NCBI GenBank assembly: GCA_041741015.1
Contig: JBGSKX010000248.1
Location: 64,509 to 128,508, forward strand
Direction: 5' to 3'
DNA from: Pirellulales bacterium
GTDB lineage: Bacteria; Planctomycetota; Planctomycetia; Pirellulales; PALSA-1355
Length of the DNA stretch: 64,000 bases
Below, in pieces: positions 9,288-20,539 of this stretch. A program made the translations under genes and the position numbers. The notes below the pieces were generated by a model. The model searched no databases. It was given only the letters and a program-made list of their open reading frames with translations, and was not told the origin of the DNA. Each line of letters begins with the position of its first letter. Within the stretch, counting starts at the first letter, position 1.

Positions 9288-11192
9288 ATGAATGTCGAAA
9301 TCGACTCCATTGCGAGGCAGGTGCTTACGGCTTCGCGGTTTGTCGCCATGCCGCCGTACCGCGTGCGTGTGTTCCACACCTCGGGGCAAACCATCCGCTG
9401 GGAGGTTTTCCAGGGGCATTTGCTCGATCCGGCTGCTACACGCCGCACCGCAACGCTCGACTCCTGGCATGTGTTTCTCGACCGCGCAGAAACGCCGGCC
9501 GAGGCCCCGCTCATTACCGTGCATTGGAGTCGTCCGGCAGAATCCTTCTTCGTCACTCGACAGATTCTGACACATGCTTTCGAAGCGTACGAAGAATCGC
9601 CGGGCGTCATCGGCACGCGGCCGGCCGAGAAATGGATGCGCGAGCTGGTCGGCACGATTCCCACTCGCGAAACCGAGTCCGACACTCTCGGGGCGCAGCT
9701 TGCAAAGTTGATCTATCTGGCCGTCGTCGGGATCAGCCGATTGCCAATCACCTCGCTGGAGTCTCCACTTCCTTGCTTCTCGCTCGGTGAACTCAGTTAT
9801 TTCGCCGTCGAGTCGCGGGCGCTTCCCGCTGACGGGTCGCCTGCCAATCGCCTGTGCGGCCTGCTGACACTGTCGGATACGAAGCTCGCCAGCCGTGCAT
9901 TGGAGTTCGCACTTCGAGGGTTGCCGCCGCAGGATGACGACGCAATTGTTGCCGCTCTTGGCGAGCGCGGGCCAGAGCACGCGGATTCGCTTTTGCGGAA
10001 GGTCTTCAACCAGGCAGCGCTCGCACCTCACACCGGTTTTGCAGACCGACTGGTGGGGCTCGTCGGACGACTGGCGGATGAGCGCTGGTTTGGAGAGCAG
10101 CGAGCTCTTCGGCTTTTCTCGTACATGTTGCGGCAACTCTGCCGGCACCTCACGGCATTTGATCTCACGCTGTTTCACAACTTTGGCGCAAACTATCCCG
10201 ATGCACTGCTGCTGGACGCATTGCTCAAAGCGACGCTACGAGTTGTCGAGCGGCAACCAGAACGGACACTGCATCCGGAGCAGCGCCTGCTCAGACGGGC
10301 CGTTCGATCCGGCGCGATCCTGCGTAAGCACTACGAAGGACTTCGAGTTCCGGATACCCCAACGTCGATGGGCGAAAATACCCGCGTACTTCCTCCGCCG
10401 TTTACTCGAGTGCCCGAGGAGCAAATCACCGAGCATGGCAAGCGACGGCGCGTGCTGTTTGCCGACGATCCAACCGACGGACTCTTCAACCAGCGAACCC
10501 AGGTCGTTCTCGAGCAGAGTCTTAACGAGCTCAACGACGAGCGTGAGCTCCAGGAACTTGGCACGGCGTTGTTCCTGGATCGTCCGCTGGGAGCCCTCAA
10601 GCTGCCCGGCGAGGTGGATCGCACGCCGCTCGTTTCGTATGTGGCGTTCAGCCGGTCGGTAGCCGGCCGTCGACTCGCTACGGCCACGAGTGCCGGCTGG
10701 TTCGATGACAATCGTCAGAGTGCGCTCCGTTCCCAACTTGCGACGCTCGCTCCCCCCGGTCTGCCTGCCGCGGAATTGCAGTGTGTCGAACGGCCGGGCG
10801 TCGTCTCGCTGGCAGACGCGAATAAAGCGGCCGCCGACTTCGTGATCTTGCGAAGCACGCGTGGCTCGCTCGCCGAGCTTCTAAACCTGTACAACTGGCA
10901 ACCACTGGCCGCACGGTTTCCGGCAATCCACGCGTGGCTGCATGAATGTTCGGACGTGCTGTTCATCCAACAGCGCCATGCACAACTCGGCCACCCGCCC
11001 CGATTCGAGTTTTTTCGCGGTGCCGAACTGCAGTTTGTACTGAGCACTCGGTCATCGCCAAGTACAATGGGCGAGTATCGCGAGTTTGGCGGCATCGAGT
11101 TGCTCACGCCGCTTGTGTTGTGCCAGATTCGCGAGGAGACGGGGCGGCTAAACGAGCTTAGCGAGCCCGACATTCTGATCCTGGCTAGATAG
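9288..11192 (+). CDS. hypothetical protein, 634 aa, no recognisable domain
   Basis: Long ORF with balanced composition. Sits 84 nt after the GntR gene and 14 nt before the sulfatase gene. The overlapping minus-strand ORFs are R/G/P-rich shadows. Confidence 0.6.
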   Translation: MNVEIDSIARQVLTASRFVAMPPYRVRVFHTSGQTIRWEVFQGHLLDPAATRRTATLDSWHVFLDRAETPAEAPLITVHWSRPAESFFVTRQILTHAFEAYEESPGVIGTRPAEKWMRELVGTIPTRETESDTLGAQLAKLIYLAVVGISRLPITSLESPLPCFSLGELSYFAVESRALPADGSPANRLCGLLTLSDTKLASRALEFALRGLPPQDDDAIVAALGERGPEHADSLLRKVFNQAALAPHTGFADRLVGLVGRLADERWFGEQRALRLFSYMLRQLCRHLTAFDLTLFHNFGANYPDALLLDALLKATLRVVERQPERTLHPEQRLLRRAVRSGAILRKHYEGLRVPDTPTSMGENTRVLPPPFTRVPEEQITEHGKRRRVLFADDPTDGLFNQRTQVVLEQSLNELNDERELQELGTALFLDRPLGALKLPGEVDRTPLVSYVAFSRSVAGRRLATATSAGWFDDNRQSALRSQLATLAPPGLPAAELQCVERPGVVSLADANKAAADFVILRSTRGSLAELLNLYNWQPLAARFPAIHAWLHECSDVLFIQQRHAQLGHPPRFEFFRGAELQFVLSTRSSPSTMGEYREFGGIELLTPLVLCQIREETGRLNELSEPDILILAR

Positions 11193-11206
11193 TCGAGGTT
11201 GAACCG

Positions 11207-12604
<1,398 letters not shown>

Positions 12605-12633
12605 TGGTAAGTGTCCTCCGTCAATAGTTCGCG

Positions 12634-13560
12634 CTAGCTGAAAAAGACTCGCTCGGCCGTCTTGCCGAGAATCCACGCCCGATCCGATTCGGAGAGGAAC
12701 TCGAGCTTCGTGCGAATCAGCTCGATCGAGTCACTGTACTTGTGACCGTTCTGCACCTGGTAGGGGCAATCGCTGGCCCACATCAGCCGCTTGGGACCAT
12801 AAGCATCCACTAGCCGCTTGATCATCGGTCCCAGGTCCGTGTACGGCGCGGTCTTCTTGCCGAGCGCGTAGTAAGCCGAGACCTTTACGTGCGCGTTCTT
12901 GTGCCTTGCAATCTTGCAGAGCGTGTCGAGATCGGCCTGGTTGATCTCGCCAGTCACGCCGATCCGGCCGAAGTGGTCGACCACGACCGGCGTGTCGGGA
13001 TACTTTTCGCACATTGCGTCCAGCGGCGCCAGCGCCTCGGGATTCACCAGTCCGCACATCGCCATGCCCAGTTCCGCGCCGGCTTTCCACATCCGGGCCA
13101 TGCCTTCGCTGGCGAGCCAGGTCTCGTACGGCGGTTTCCAGCCATAAAGTCGGAAGCCGCGCACGCCCTGCCCTTTCAGTTTACGCATCGTATCGACTAC
13201 GTCCGGCGCATTCTCGTCGATGACGGCCACGCCGCGGAACACACCGGGATAGTCACGAATCGCTTCGAGCATGTAGCGGTTGTCGAAGCCGTAGAAGTTC
13301 ATCTGGATCAGCACGACGCGGCCAACGCCGGCAGGCCGGGCGATTGCCAGTAGCTCGTCCGGCGTGAAGCTGGGGGGCTGCATGTCGGCGACCGAGAAGC
13401 CCTCGGCCAGCGGAAACCGCTTCACGTCTGGCGTCCAGACATGAACGTGGGCGTCGATCGCGGAATTCTTCTGCCCGTCGTCGCCACTAAGTTCACCCAT
13501 GGTCATGGCCGCCGCTGCGAAGACACTAGTTTCCAGAAAACGTCGCCGATCGATTCTCAT
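12634..13560 (-). CDS. amidohydrolase-2 family metal-dependent hydrolase, Tat-exported
   Basis: Twin-arginine signal MRIDRRRFLETSVFAAAA; metal-binding AIDAHVHVW; TIM-barrel hydrolase-like C-terminus. Confidence 0.8.
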   Translation of the reverse strand: MRIDRRRFLETSVFAAAAMTMGELSGDDGQKNSAIDAHVHVWTPDVKRFPLAEGFSVADMQPPSFTPDELLAIARPAGVGRVVLIQMNFYGFDNRYMLEAIRDYPGVFRGVAVIDENAPDVVDTMRKLKGQGVRGFRLYGWKPPYETWLASEGMARMWKAGAELGMAMCGLVNPEALAPLDAMCEKYPDTPVVVDHFGRIGVTGEINQADLDTLCKIARHKNAHVKVSAYYALGKKTAPYTDLGPMIKRLVDAYGPKRLMWASDCPYQVQNGHKYSDSIELIRTKLEFLSESDRAWILGKTAERVFFS

Positions 13561-13591
13561 TGCATGTTCCAGCACGACAGGAAGAGTAAGC

Positions 13592-13625
13592 GGGGGTCAC
13601 GACAGTTCGCACCATCGTAACCCCC
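13592..13625 (-). terminator. candidate hairpin terminator after the DUF4139-like gene
   Basis: 11-bp stem (GGGGGTCACGA / TCGTAACCCCC, one mismatch) with a 12-nt loop, 37 nt downstream of the 13662 stop. Followed by a pyrimidine-rich run on the minus strand. Confidence 0.3.
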
Positions 13626-13661
13626 TGGAATCGGCATTCCAACCGGTTGATGCAAGCCATC

Positions 13662-15797
13662 CTACAGCGTCAAGTTCGAAAGATACTGCCCGAGCTCGTC
13701 GCGGAGCTTGTTTTCCTCGGCCGTGAGCTTCTCGATTTCGCCGCGCATCTTCTCGATCGACGATTCCTGCTCGCCGAACTTCTGCACATAGCGGCGATAG
13801 AGCTCGGAGTTGCGATCGAGCTGGCCCATATTCTGGCGAATCCGCTGCTGCTCCTGATCGATCGCGGCGATCTTCTGGTTAAGCTGCTCACGATTGCGGA
13901 CCACCTCGGCCAAGGCCTGCTTCCGCTTGACGACATCTTGCAGGGCCTTCTTGGCCTCTTCGCTCACTTGCTTCTGGCTGATGAAGTGGGCGATCACCGA
14001 GTCGTCGAGATCCGTAAGGGCCAAGTATTCCTGCGCCACGAGTTCTTCCGTCACATCGAGGGTTTCCGACTTTCCGGGCTCAACCTTGACCGCGAACCGA
14101 TAGCGATCGCGAGTCTTTTCAGTCGGCTCCTTCGGCGTGACCAGCTTCCAGTCGCCGTTGAGCGGCTGCTCCACAAGCACGGTCTTCGCCTTGTCGTCCG
14201 AGTTCTTCACCGTGTACTTGTTCTCGCGAATGTACTTCCGCTGGACGTGCAGCGTGCCTTTGTTGATCTTCACGCTCACAAGCTGGTCGGGATGCGACTT
14301 CGGTTCCAACGCAACCTCGGTCGCCAGGTCCAGCGCATAGCTCACCAGCCGCTCGGCGCCCGGGGCGAGGTCCTCGATCTTGGCGTCGCCGGCGTAGGTA
14401 CCGCCGTCGAACACGGTGATCGGACCCTGCATCAGGTGCAGCGGCGTCGAGTTCACCAGCCGCAGGCCGTTGAGCGGATGCTTGGCCTGGACGGCGGGAT
14501 TGTAGATCGACACCTTCTCCCCCTCGACGCTCTCGTTAACGATCGGCAGCATCGCCGACGATTGCCGAGCCAGCGTGACGGGAGCATCGATTAGATACTG
14601 GAACAGCTCACCGACGTCGGCGCCTTGAGCTGCTGCTGAACTCTGAAGCAAAGACCCGCCAAATGCGGGAGACGATTCGTCCGCGGCAGCTTCCGCTGCG
14701 GGCGCCAGCGGCGCTGCCATCGGTGTTTCGACAGGAGCATTCTTCGCGAATCTTTGGACCCGCGATTCACGACCCATCATGCCGCCACCCATCGCTCCCT
14801 CGGCCACGCCATCCGCGTCCATATCCTGGTCATACGTCTGCGGTCGCAGCGAAGCGTATAACTCGAGCTGCTCGAGCGGGCGCTGAACGTACAGCGGTTC
14901 GTAGAGATCCATCCGATAGGAGATCGGCCGGCCGCTCACGAGCGTCAGTTTCACGTCTTTCCAATCCTCTTCGCTCGTGTTCTCGACGATTGCCCAGCCT
15001 TGCAGGAAGGGCTTCCCCTTTTCGTCAAGTACCAGCCGATAGCTCGTCTTCCAGACGGGCGTCTCCTGGATGTAGCCCACGCGCACGGGGCGTTTTCCGT
15101 TGCCGGTGAAGTCGAGTGTCACGGTCTTCTTGTCGTTGTTGTGTGCGCCGGCCAGGACGACGAGTGCCTGCTGAAACTCGTTGTTCAGCTTTTCGTCGAG
15201 CAGCTTGATCCGGCCGACCGATTCGAGCGGCAGGCTTTGCAGGCCTTCGGCCGTGAGTAGATTTACGAACTCCACGTCGACCGTGTCTTCCTTGACCTGC
15301 TTCTTGCGCTTCTCAATACCCAGCAGCGTGCCGGTGATGACGTCGGGCGCGGTGACTTCGACCTTCTGCCCGCGAGCCTGATTGAGGATGTCGCCCAGCG
15401 TGGGGTTATTGGTGAGATCGATGGGGAACGTGGCGAGCGTCTTGGTGATCGGATCGCGCGAGCCGTAGGTGACGGTCGAGATCTTGCCGCCGCCCAGGTC
15501 TTGCAGGACCATGCTCTTGAGCAAGTCGTTGATGTCGTCGGCGTTGAACTTCAATTCGACCTTGGCGTTCCCCTCGACATCTCCCTGATGCTCGAAGTAG
15601 CCGACGCCCGAGTTGAACATGATGACCGTCTTCAGCGGGACGCCGCCGGCGGCAACGTTCTCCGCAGGATCCTTCTCCTGAGCGGCCGCTTGCTGCGGGA
15701 AGAACATGGCGGGCGCGGCAGCGCCCAGCAAGCTGACGGCGACGAGGCCGGCGCCAAACGTGCGGCGCGTGGGAAATAGCGATGGGAAACGGACCAT
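13662..15797 (-). CDS. secreted DUF4139-like protein with C-terminal coiled coil
   Basis: ATG 15797 gives a signal peptide (MVRFPSLFP...AAAQ). Beta-rich body resembles the DUF4139/TIGR02231 family from memory. The last 90 aa or so are heptad-like (E/Q/K/L rich). Confidence 0.5.
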   Translation of the reverse strand: MVRFPSLFPTRRTFGAGLVAVSLLGAAAPAMFFPQQAAAQEKDPAENVAAGGVPLKTVIMFNSGVGYFEHQGDVEGNAKVELKFNADDINDLLKSMVLQDLGGGKISTVTYGSRDPITKTLATFPIDLTNNPTLGDILNQARGQKVEVTAPDVITGTLLGIEKRKKQVKEDTVDVEFVNLLTAEGLQSLPLESVGRIKLLDEKLNNEFQQALVVLAGAHNNDKKTVTLDFTGNGKRPVRVGYIQETPVWKTSYRLVLDEKGKPFLQGWAIVENTSEEDWKDVKLTLVSGRPISYRMDLYEPLYVQRPLEQLELYASLRPQTYDQDMDADGVAEGAMGGGMMGRESRVQRFAKNAPVETPMAAPLAPAAEAAADESSPAFGGSLLQSSAAAQGADVGELFQYLIDAPVTLARQSSAMLPIVNESVEGEKVSIYNPAVQAKHPLNGLRLVNSTPLHLMQGPITVFDGGTYAGDAKIEDLAPGAERLVSYALDLATEVALEPKSHPDQLVSVKINKGTLHVQRKYIRENKYTVKNSDDKAKTVLVEQPLNGDWKLVTPKEPTEKTRDRYRFAVKVEPGKSETLDVTEELVAQEYLALTDLDDSVIAHFISQKQVSEEAKKALQDVVKRKQALAEVVRNREQLNQKIAAIDQEQQRIRQNMGQLDRNSELYRRYVQKFGEQESSIEKMRGEIEKLTAEENKLRDELGQYLSNLTL

Positions 15798-15907
15798 GGG
15801 GATGGCTCTCCAGTAAGTTGTTCCGGTGTGCCTGCTGCTGATTACCCGGGAAGCGAACAGCGGCCAGCAGGCAATTCTAGCTCTTTGACGCCCCCTGCCC
15901 CGCGGAA

Positions 15908-15954
15908 GTTCCCCGGGAAAGGGAGAATGGGGGCTACTATTTCCCCGGCTGTTT
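15908..15954 (+). repeat. long-loop variant of the GTTCCC..GGCTTT hairpin repeat
   Basis: GTTCCCCGGGAAA-[19 nt]-TTTCCCCGGCTGTTT; its arms match the four short copies. Confidence 0.4.
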
Positions 15955-16586
15955 CTTGCGCGCGCGTTTTTCTCGAGTGTGGATTTAGAAACTCGTGAAA
16001 ATGCAGTTTCGGGGCCACACACACGCCTCTGTGGCGGCTCTGCGGGCTTTGCATTTCCTCCAGTTTCACGGTGGCGATCGGCTGCGTCATGATCGTGCCT
16101 TGGTCTCTACCTAATGTCGTGACCTTACCCTAGCCGAAGTCCTGGCCAGATTTCTAGAGTCGGTGGACACGTGGGCGGTGTGCGCCGTGCGCACGCCAGC
16201 GCCGTGAGGGGAAACGAGTTGCGCGGGGTTAGCGCCACACACGCAGGCAAGAGCGCCGCGAGGGGCGATTTTTTCTGCCCGGCGAGACCAGTAAACGGAG
16301 GTCAATCGCGAGAGGATAGACTTACGAGCCGCAGTTAAGAACGAAGCCCACGGCCAGCGAGCACATCAAAACTCGGCGATGAGTTGACGTCCGGACCATG
16401 TGCGGCCCCGCGAAGAATCGGTCGGTGCGATCCATCCATTGTCGTCGAGAAGCGTCGCCTGCGGGGGCTATCGGCACGCTATCACTAGCGGGGGGGCGAA
16501 TGTGTGACTCGTGTTCGGCCAGCTCCCTTGGCGGGATCAGAGCCCGGGAATTCCTCTGGGTCGATTACGGTGGCCCCGGTTAAAAT

Positions 16587-16814
16587 ATGCCCATGCAATG
16601 CAAGCAATGCCACACCGAGATCAGCATTGAAGTCGCGGGCGAAACGTCGCGCACCATCAAGCGCTACTGCGAGGTCGTGGGCATGACGCCCGAGGCGACC
16701 GCCAGCTTTGTCAGCCAGCGCGGTCCGCTATGCCGCGAGTGTATGCAGAGCTGGGATGCGCGGGAAAGCGACGTGACTTCCGTACCGCCAACGAACTCAG
16801 GGAAGCCCCGTTAG
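16587..16814 (+). CDS. small zinc-ribbon-like hypothetical protein
   Basis: 75-aa ORF with two CxxC pairs (CKQC, CREC). No SD and no homologue recognised. Confidence 0.35.
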   Translation: MPMQCKQCHTEISIEVAGETSRTIKRYCEVVGMTPEATASFVSQRGPLCRECMQSWDARESDVTSVPPTNSGKPR

Positions 16815-16856
16815 CGATTCGTTCCAGCGACTCTTGATGTCGTCGGATCGGCTAAA

Positions 16857-18470
16857 TCATTCGCCTTCCGGCGAACGCAGGGGCATACCGCCATGCAACT
16901 CCGCTACGCCCTGTTTGAGTTCGTAGAGGTATCGCACTTCGCCGTCGGTCAGTGCGCGGTTGAAGACGGCCAGGTCGTCTAGATGGCCGACGTAGGCGGC
17001 GCCGAGGACGAGGCGCACCTGCTCGGGATCCCAGCCGAAGGTGAAGTCCCAGCCTTCAATCGCTCCCTGCGGTTTGCCGTTGAGAAACAGCCGGCCGCGT
17101 TGGCGATTCGGCTTGCTATGATCTGTCGGTGTACCGATCCCTGCCGACTTGTCGTTGACGTTCTCGACGGTGAAGACCGCGTGCGTCCACTGGTCGCGCG
17201 AGAACGGCGCTCGCTCGACTTGCACCATGGGACGCTTGTCAGCGGGAATTGCATCCCAGGCCAGGTTCATGGGGTTCCAGATCTCGAACAGCGGGCGAAT
17301 CGCATAGCGGAAGTGCCGGGGGACGTCGTCTTTCGACCACTCCATGAAAATGAAGCCCCGCTTGGTGTCCTCGCCGATGATCTGTACCGGGTCGCAATAG
17401 CCTGGCTCAAGGTCTTCGTCCGGATTCAATCGCAGCCAGACCGAGACCGTCGCGCTCCAGTCCTGATCGTTGTAGCCGAGGTTGCCGCCGTCCTTGAACA
17501 GCGGCCACCCGTTCGCCTTGCGCGTGAAGTGGAGTGCGCCGCCGAAGCGGCCGGCGGATGGCTCCAGCTTGACGTTGTCGGTCGCCTCGGCCGGGACGAG
17601 TTGGCCGTCCTTGCTCACGTAGCAAGCTTTGTCACCCTTTGCGAACGCGGCGTTGAATGCCTCGTCGAAGGGTGCGTGCAAGGTGAGCGCCTCGGCGAGA
17701 GCCGTCTTCGTCGCGGCGTCGGCCTTGGCGAGCGAGTCTTTCGCTTCGTCCGGGCCGATCTCGCGGACGAAGATGTTCCGCCAGCGAATTTCGCCGCCGT
17801 GGGTCTGGAGCATGATCGGACCGCGCGCCGGAAGCGGCTGGCTGCGATCCCAGTAGTTTTCCATCACGGCGCCGTCGACCACGAGCTGGTCGTTGAGCCA
17901 GACCCACGTTCGATCGCCGATCTGGCGGATGCGAAATGCGTTCCACTCGCCCAGCGGGCGATCGGCGAGCGACAGCGGATCGCGGCCGGCGCTGTTCGGA
18001 TCGTTGTTGAACAGTCCACCGGAGCCGAGCTGCGGCCGGCGGCTGGGATTCTTGGGATCGAACTTCTGGTGCCAATCCCAGATTTGCACCTGCGGCGTGC
18101 CGCGGAGGTAGATCCCACTGTCAGCGTCGGCGACGGTTTTGTACTCGAGCAAAAGTTCAATGTCGCCGAACTCCTTGTCGGTGGTCGCGTACGGACCGTG
18201 ACCGTCGTTCACGAGCGCGCCGTCTTCAACGCGCCAGTGCTCGGCGAACTCCGCCCGCTGCTGGGCAAGATTCGCCGCGAGCTCGTCGCCCGTGAGCTTG
18301 GCGGACGCGTGCGGATTGAGGCCGTGCCAGCCGGCAAGGTCCTGGCCATTGAAGATCGCGCGGAAGCCCTCCGGAGGAGAGGGCTCGGCGGCCAGGCAGG
18401 CGACATCCAGAAGTATCGGGCACGAAATCACCGTGATCGCGGCCGCACGACAGATCGTCCACAATTGCAT
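16857..18470 (-). CDS. secreted DUF1080 (3-keto-disaccharide hydrolase-like) plus LamG-like domain protein
   Basis: Signal peptide. DUF1080 blocks FNGQDLAGWHG, DIELLLEYK, IYLRG, GPIMLQTHGGEIRWRNIFVREI. The C-terminal half ends in a concanavalin/LamG-like LDDLAVFNRALT. Confidence 0.8.
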   Translation of the reverse strand: MQLWTICRAAAITVISCPILLDVACLAAEPSPPEGFRAIFNGQDLAGWHGLNPHASAKLTGDELAANLAQQRAEFAEHWRVEDGALVNDGHGPYATTDKEFGDIELLLEYKTVADADSGIYLRGTPQVQIWDWHQKFDPKNPSRRPQLGSGGLFNNDPNSAGRDPLSLADRPLGEWNAFRIRQIGDRTWVWLNDQLVVDGAVMENYWDRSQPLPARGPIMLQTHGGEIRWRNIFVREIGPDEAKDSLAKADAATKTALAEALTLHAPFDEAFNAAFAKGDKACYVSKDGQLVPAEATDNVKLEPSAGRFGGALHFTRKANGWPLFKDGGNLGYNDQDWSATVSVWLRLNPDEDLEPGYCDPVQIIGEDTKRGFIFMEWSKDDVPRHFRYAIRPLFEIWNPMNLAWDAIPADKRPMVQVERAPFSRDQWTHAVFTVENVNDKSAGIGTPTDHSKPNRQRGRLFLNGKPQGAIEGWDFTFGWDPEQVRLVLGAAYVGHLDDLAVFNRALTDGEVRYLYELKQGVAELHGGMPLRSPEGE

Positions 18471-18583
18471 GCGAAACTCCAGGGAGAGGCGAGCGAGGAT
18501 GATACGGTGGTAGGAGTCACCGCCCCAGGGTGGTTTAGTGATAACTCACGGCAGAGGCAGGAGCAACTGATCGGCGTCGCGTA

Positions 18584-18614
18584 CACAGGTGAGCCGCGCT
18601 CACGGCCACCTGTG
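18584..18614 (-). terminator. candidate hairpin after the transporter gene
   Basis: Perfect 8-bp stem CACAGGTG/CACCTGTG with an alternative inner GTGAGC-CGC-GCTCAC hairpin, 29 nt past the 18643 stop. No U-tract. Confidence 0.3.
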
Positions 18615-18642
18615 CCACCCCCGCTTGACTTCCAATGGTGTG

Positions 18643-20262
18643 CTAAAGAAGCTCGCGGAACTGCTCGATCAGCTTGGGGACCTGGTCGAAGGCGGTGATC
18701 GTGGCGAGGATCGTGAAAAACAGCCCGCCGATCACGAGGCCCGTGCAGGGGAACCAGCCGGGGCGGAGCGGCTTGGGGAGCAGCGTGAGGTTGATCCAAA
18801 GCGTGTGGAAGCTGCTGATGCCGAAGGCGTAGTTCATGATGACGCTGGCCGAGGTCAACAGCGCGAGCGGTTTGCCGATCGAGAGCAAGAACAGGCCCAA
18901 GAGCATGTAGCCCATCAGCACCCCAAAGTACACGTAGCGGATGTTCCTGGGATCCCACTTGCGCAAGTGGCGGCTGCTGGTCCAGATGACGTCGACCCAG
19001 CGGCGGATCGTGCCATCGGCGCTGGTGGCCATGGTGGGCGCAAGCACGAGGAAGCCGCAGAAGCGCGTGGCATACCAGAACCCACGGCCGATCGCGGGGC
19101 CCCAGGCATCGGCCACGGCGGTCTCGACGCCACCGGCCGTCATCGCCGCGGCGTACCAGTCGCTGGCCTGGGTGCCGCGCGGCAGGAACTGCACGCTGAG
19201 CATGCTGGGAAGCGCGATACCCAGAAAGCAGGCCGGCATCCAAACGGCGAGTTGATCGCGGCGGACGTGGTGCATCCAGCGCTTGAAGCGGGCGAGCGAC
19301 TGCTGCGTGACTTCGAACACCATGCCGACGTGCGAGAGTTCGATATCGCGGCCGCCGATCATGCTAGGGATTGCGCCGACGTGGCGGCCCATGCCCCACC
19401 CCTGGTCGCGGGTGTAGTTGCTGATGGGCGTGTTCGAGAGACCACCGCTGCCGGCCACGGCCGCAAACGCGGAGAGGATGGCGATCATCTCGAGATTGAG
19501 CTCTGGAAAGCCTTCGCCGCGGAGCATGGAGAGGATGAAGTTGTCGGTTGCGCCAGGGCCTTCACCCACGACAGGCACGGTACCGAACTTGAAGAAGCCG
19601 GTCAGGATTTCGCGCCAGGTTTCGAAGTCCGAGAAGCACACGGCCAGGAAGAGCAAGAAGCCCAGCACCGTGACGATCTTGAACGTCATCACGAGCTTGA
19701 GCGTGTGATAAATGCGGCCGCCGAAGATCAAGGGGAGCATCGCGGCGAGAAAAATGCCGATACCGAGTCCGCGGACAAGCGACTCGTCGGCCACGCCCGC
19801 GGGAATACGGCCCAGGTAAATCGCGGCGAGCGGCGTGGCTGCGTTGGCCGCGAGGTAGGGAAACACCGCGCCGAAATCGAGGAACAAGTACATGCCGAGC
19901 CAGAATCGCGGCCCAGGAAGCGTGCGGAACTTGCCGGTGAAAATCGGCTCGCCGGTGTACAGCGTGTAGCGGCTGATCTCGATGTTGTAGATCACCTGGC
20001 CGAGGATGCTCATCGTAGCCAGCCACATCAAGGCGGCGCCGTAGCGAGCCGTCACCGCGGGGCCCATCAGCCACTCGCCGCCGCCGATGGCCGATCCGCC
20101 GACAATCAGGCCGGGGCCCAACAGGGCGAACCAGTTCTTCCACGTGAACGTGGGAGCATCGACCAGGTGGCCGACTTCCCAGCGGGGCATCTCGTGTGAA
20201 CCGGGCCAGGGCGCGAGAGCTTCCTTCTCGTGCTCGACCGCCGTGACTGTCGCATCCGCCAT
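18643..20262 (-). CDS. Nramp-related polytopic transporter (distant; canonical DPGN motif absent)
   Basis: About 11-12 predicted TM segments. N-terminal block GPGLIVGGSAIGGGEWLMGP resembles the Nramp TM1 region but has GGGEW in place of DPGN. ATG 20262 (MADATV...) chosen over the 20475 ORF start. Confidence 0.55.
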   Translation of the reverse strand: MADATVTAVEHEKEALAPWPGSHEMPRWEVGHLVDAPTFTWKNWFALLGPGLIVGGSAIGGGEWLMGPAVTARYGAALMWLATMSILGQVIYNIEISRYTLYTGEPIFTGKFRTLPGPRFWLGMYLFLDFGAVFPYLAANAATPLAAIYLGRIPAGVADESLVRGLGIGIFLAAMLPLIFGGRIYHTLKLVMTFKIVTVLGFLLFLAVCFSDFETWREILTGFFKFGTVPVVGEGPGATDNFILSMLRGEGFPELNLEMIAILSAFAAVAGSGGLSNTPISNYTRDQGWGMGRHVGAIPSMIGGRDIELSHVGMVFEVTQQSLARFKRWMHHVRRDQLAVWMPACFLGIALPSMLSVQFLPRGTQASDWYAAAMTAGGVETAVADAWGPAIGRGFWYATRFCGFLVLAPTMATSADGTIRRWVDVIWTSSRHLRKWDPRNIRYVYFGVLMGYMLLGLFLLSIGKPLALLTSASVIMNYAFGISSFHTLWINLTLLPKPLRPGWFPCTGLVIGGLFFTILATITAFDQVPKLIEQFRELL

Positions 20263-20427
20263 GCTGCAAAACTTCCCGTGCCTGGGGTCGCGGGGGAGCC
20301 GGTGCGCTTGCCTGCAGCACCGGCAATTATCTTGGTCCTTGTATAACCCAGCGCGGGGCGGGAGTCCACAATTTTTGGAGGTGGGGTGGGCTGAATTCGA
20401 GCGTGCGATTGTGCCCTTGGCTGGCAG

Positions 20428-20443
20428 CGACAACTTGTTGTCG
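20428..20443. promoter_or_regulatory. palindrome CGACAAC-TT-GTTGTCG (candidate operator)
   Basis: Perfect 7-bp arms, 166 nt upstream of the transporter start. Followed by a second palindrome, TGTTGC-TC-GCAACA (20445..20458). Confidence 0.3.
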
Positions 20444-20539
20444 GTGTTGCTCGCAACAAGAGGGATCAGGACCACGTGTCCACACCGGAAAATCCAGCTT
20501 CAGGTGACGCGAGTACCGATCCCTCTCGAGCCGGAGGCT

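Noticed and set aside
13647-20199. Plus-strand ORFs 13647..14594, 16983..18698 and 18589..20199
   Set aside because: They are antisense to the DUF4139-like, DUF1080 and transporter genes. Composition is Arg/Gly/His/Asp-rich and repetitive, with no recognisable domains.
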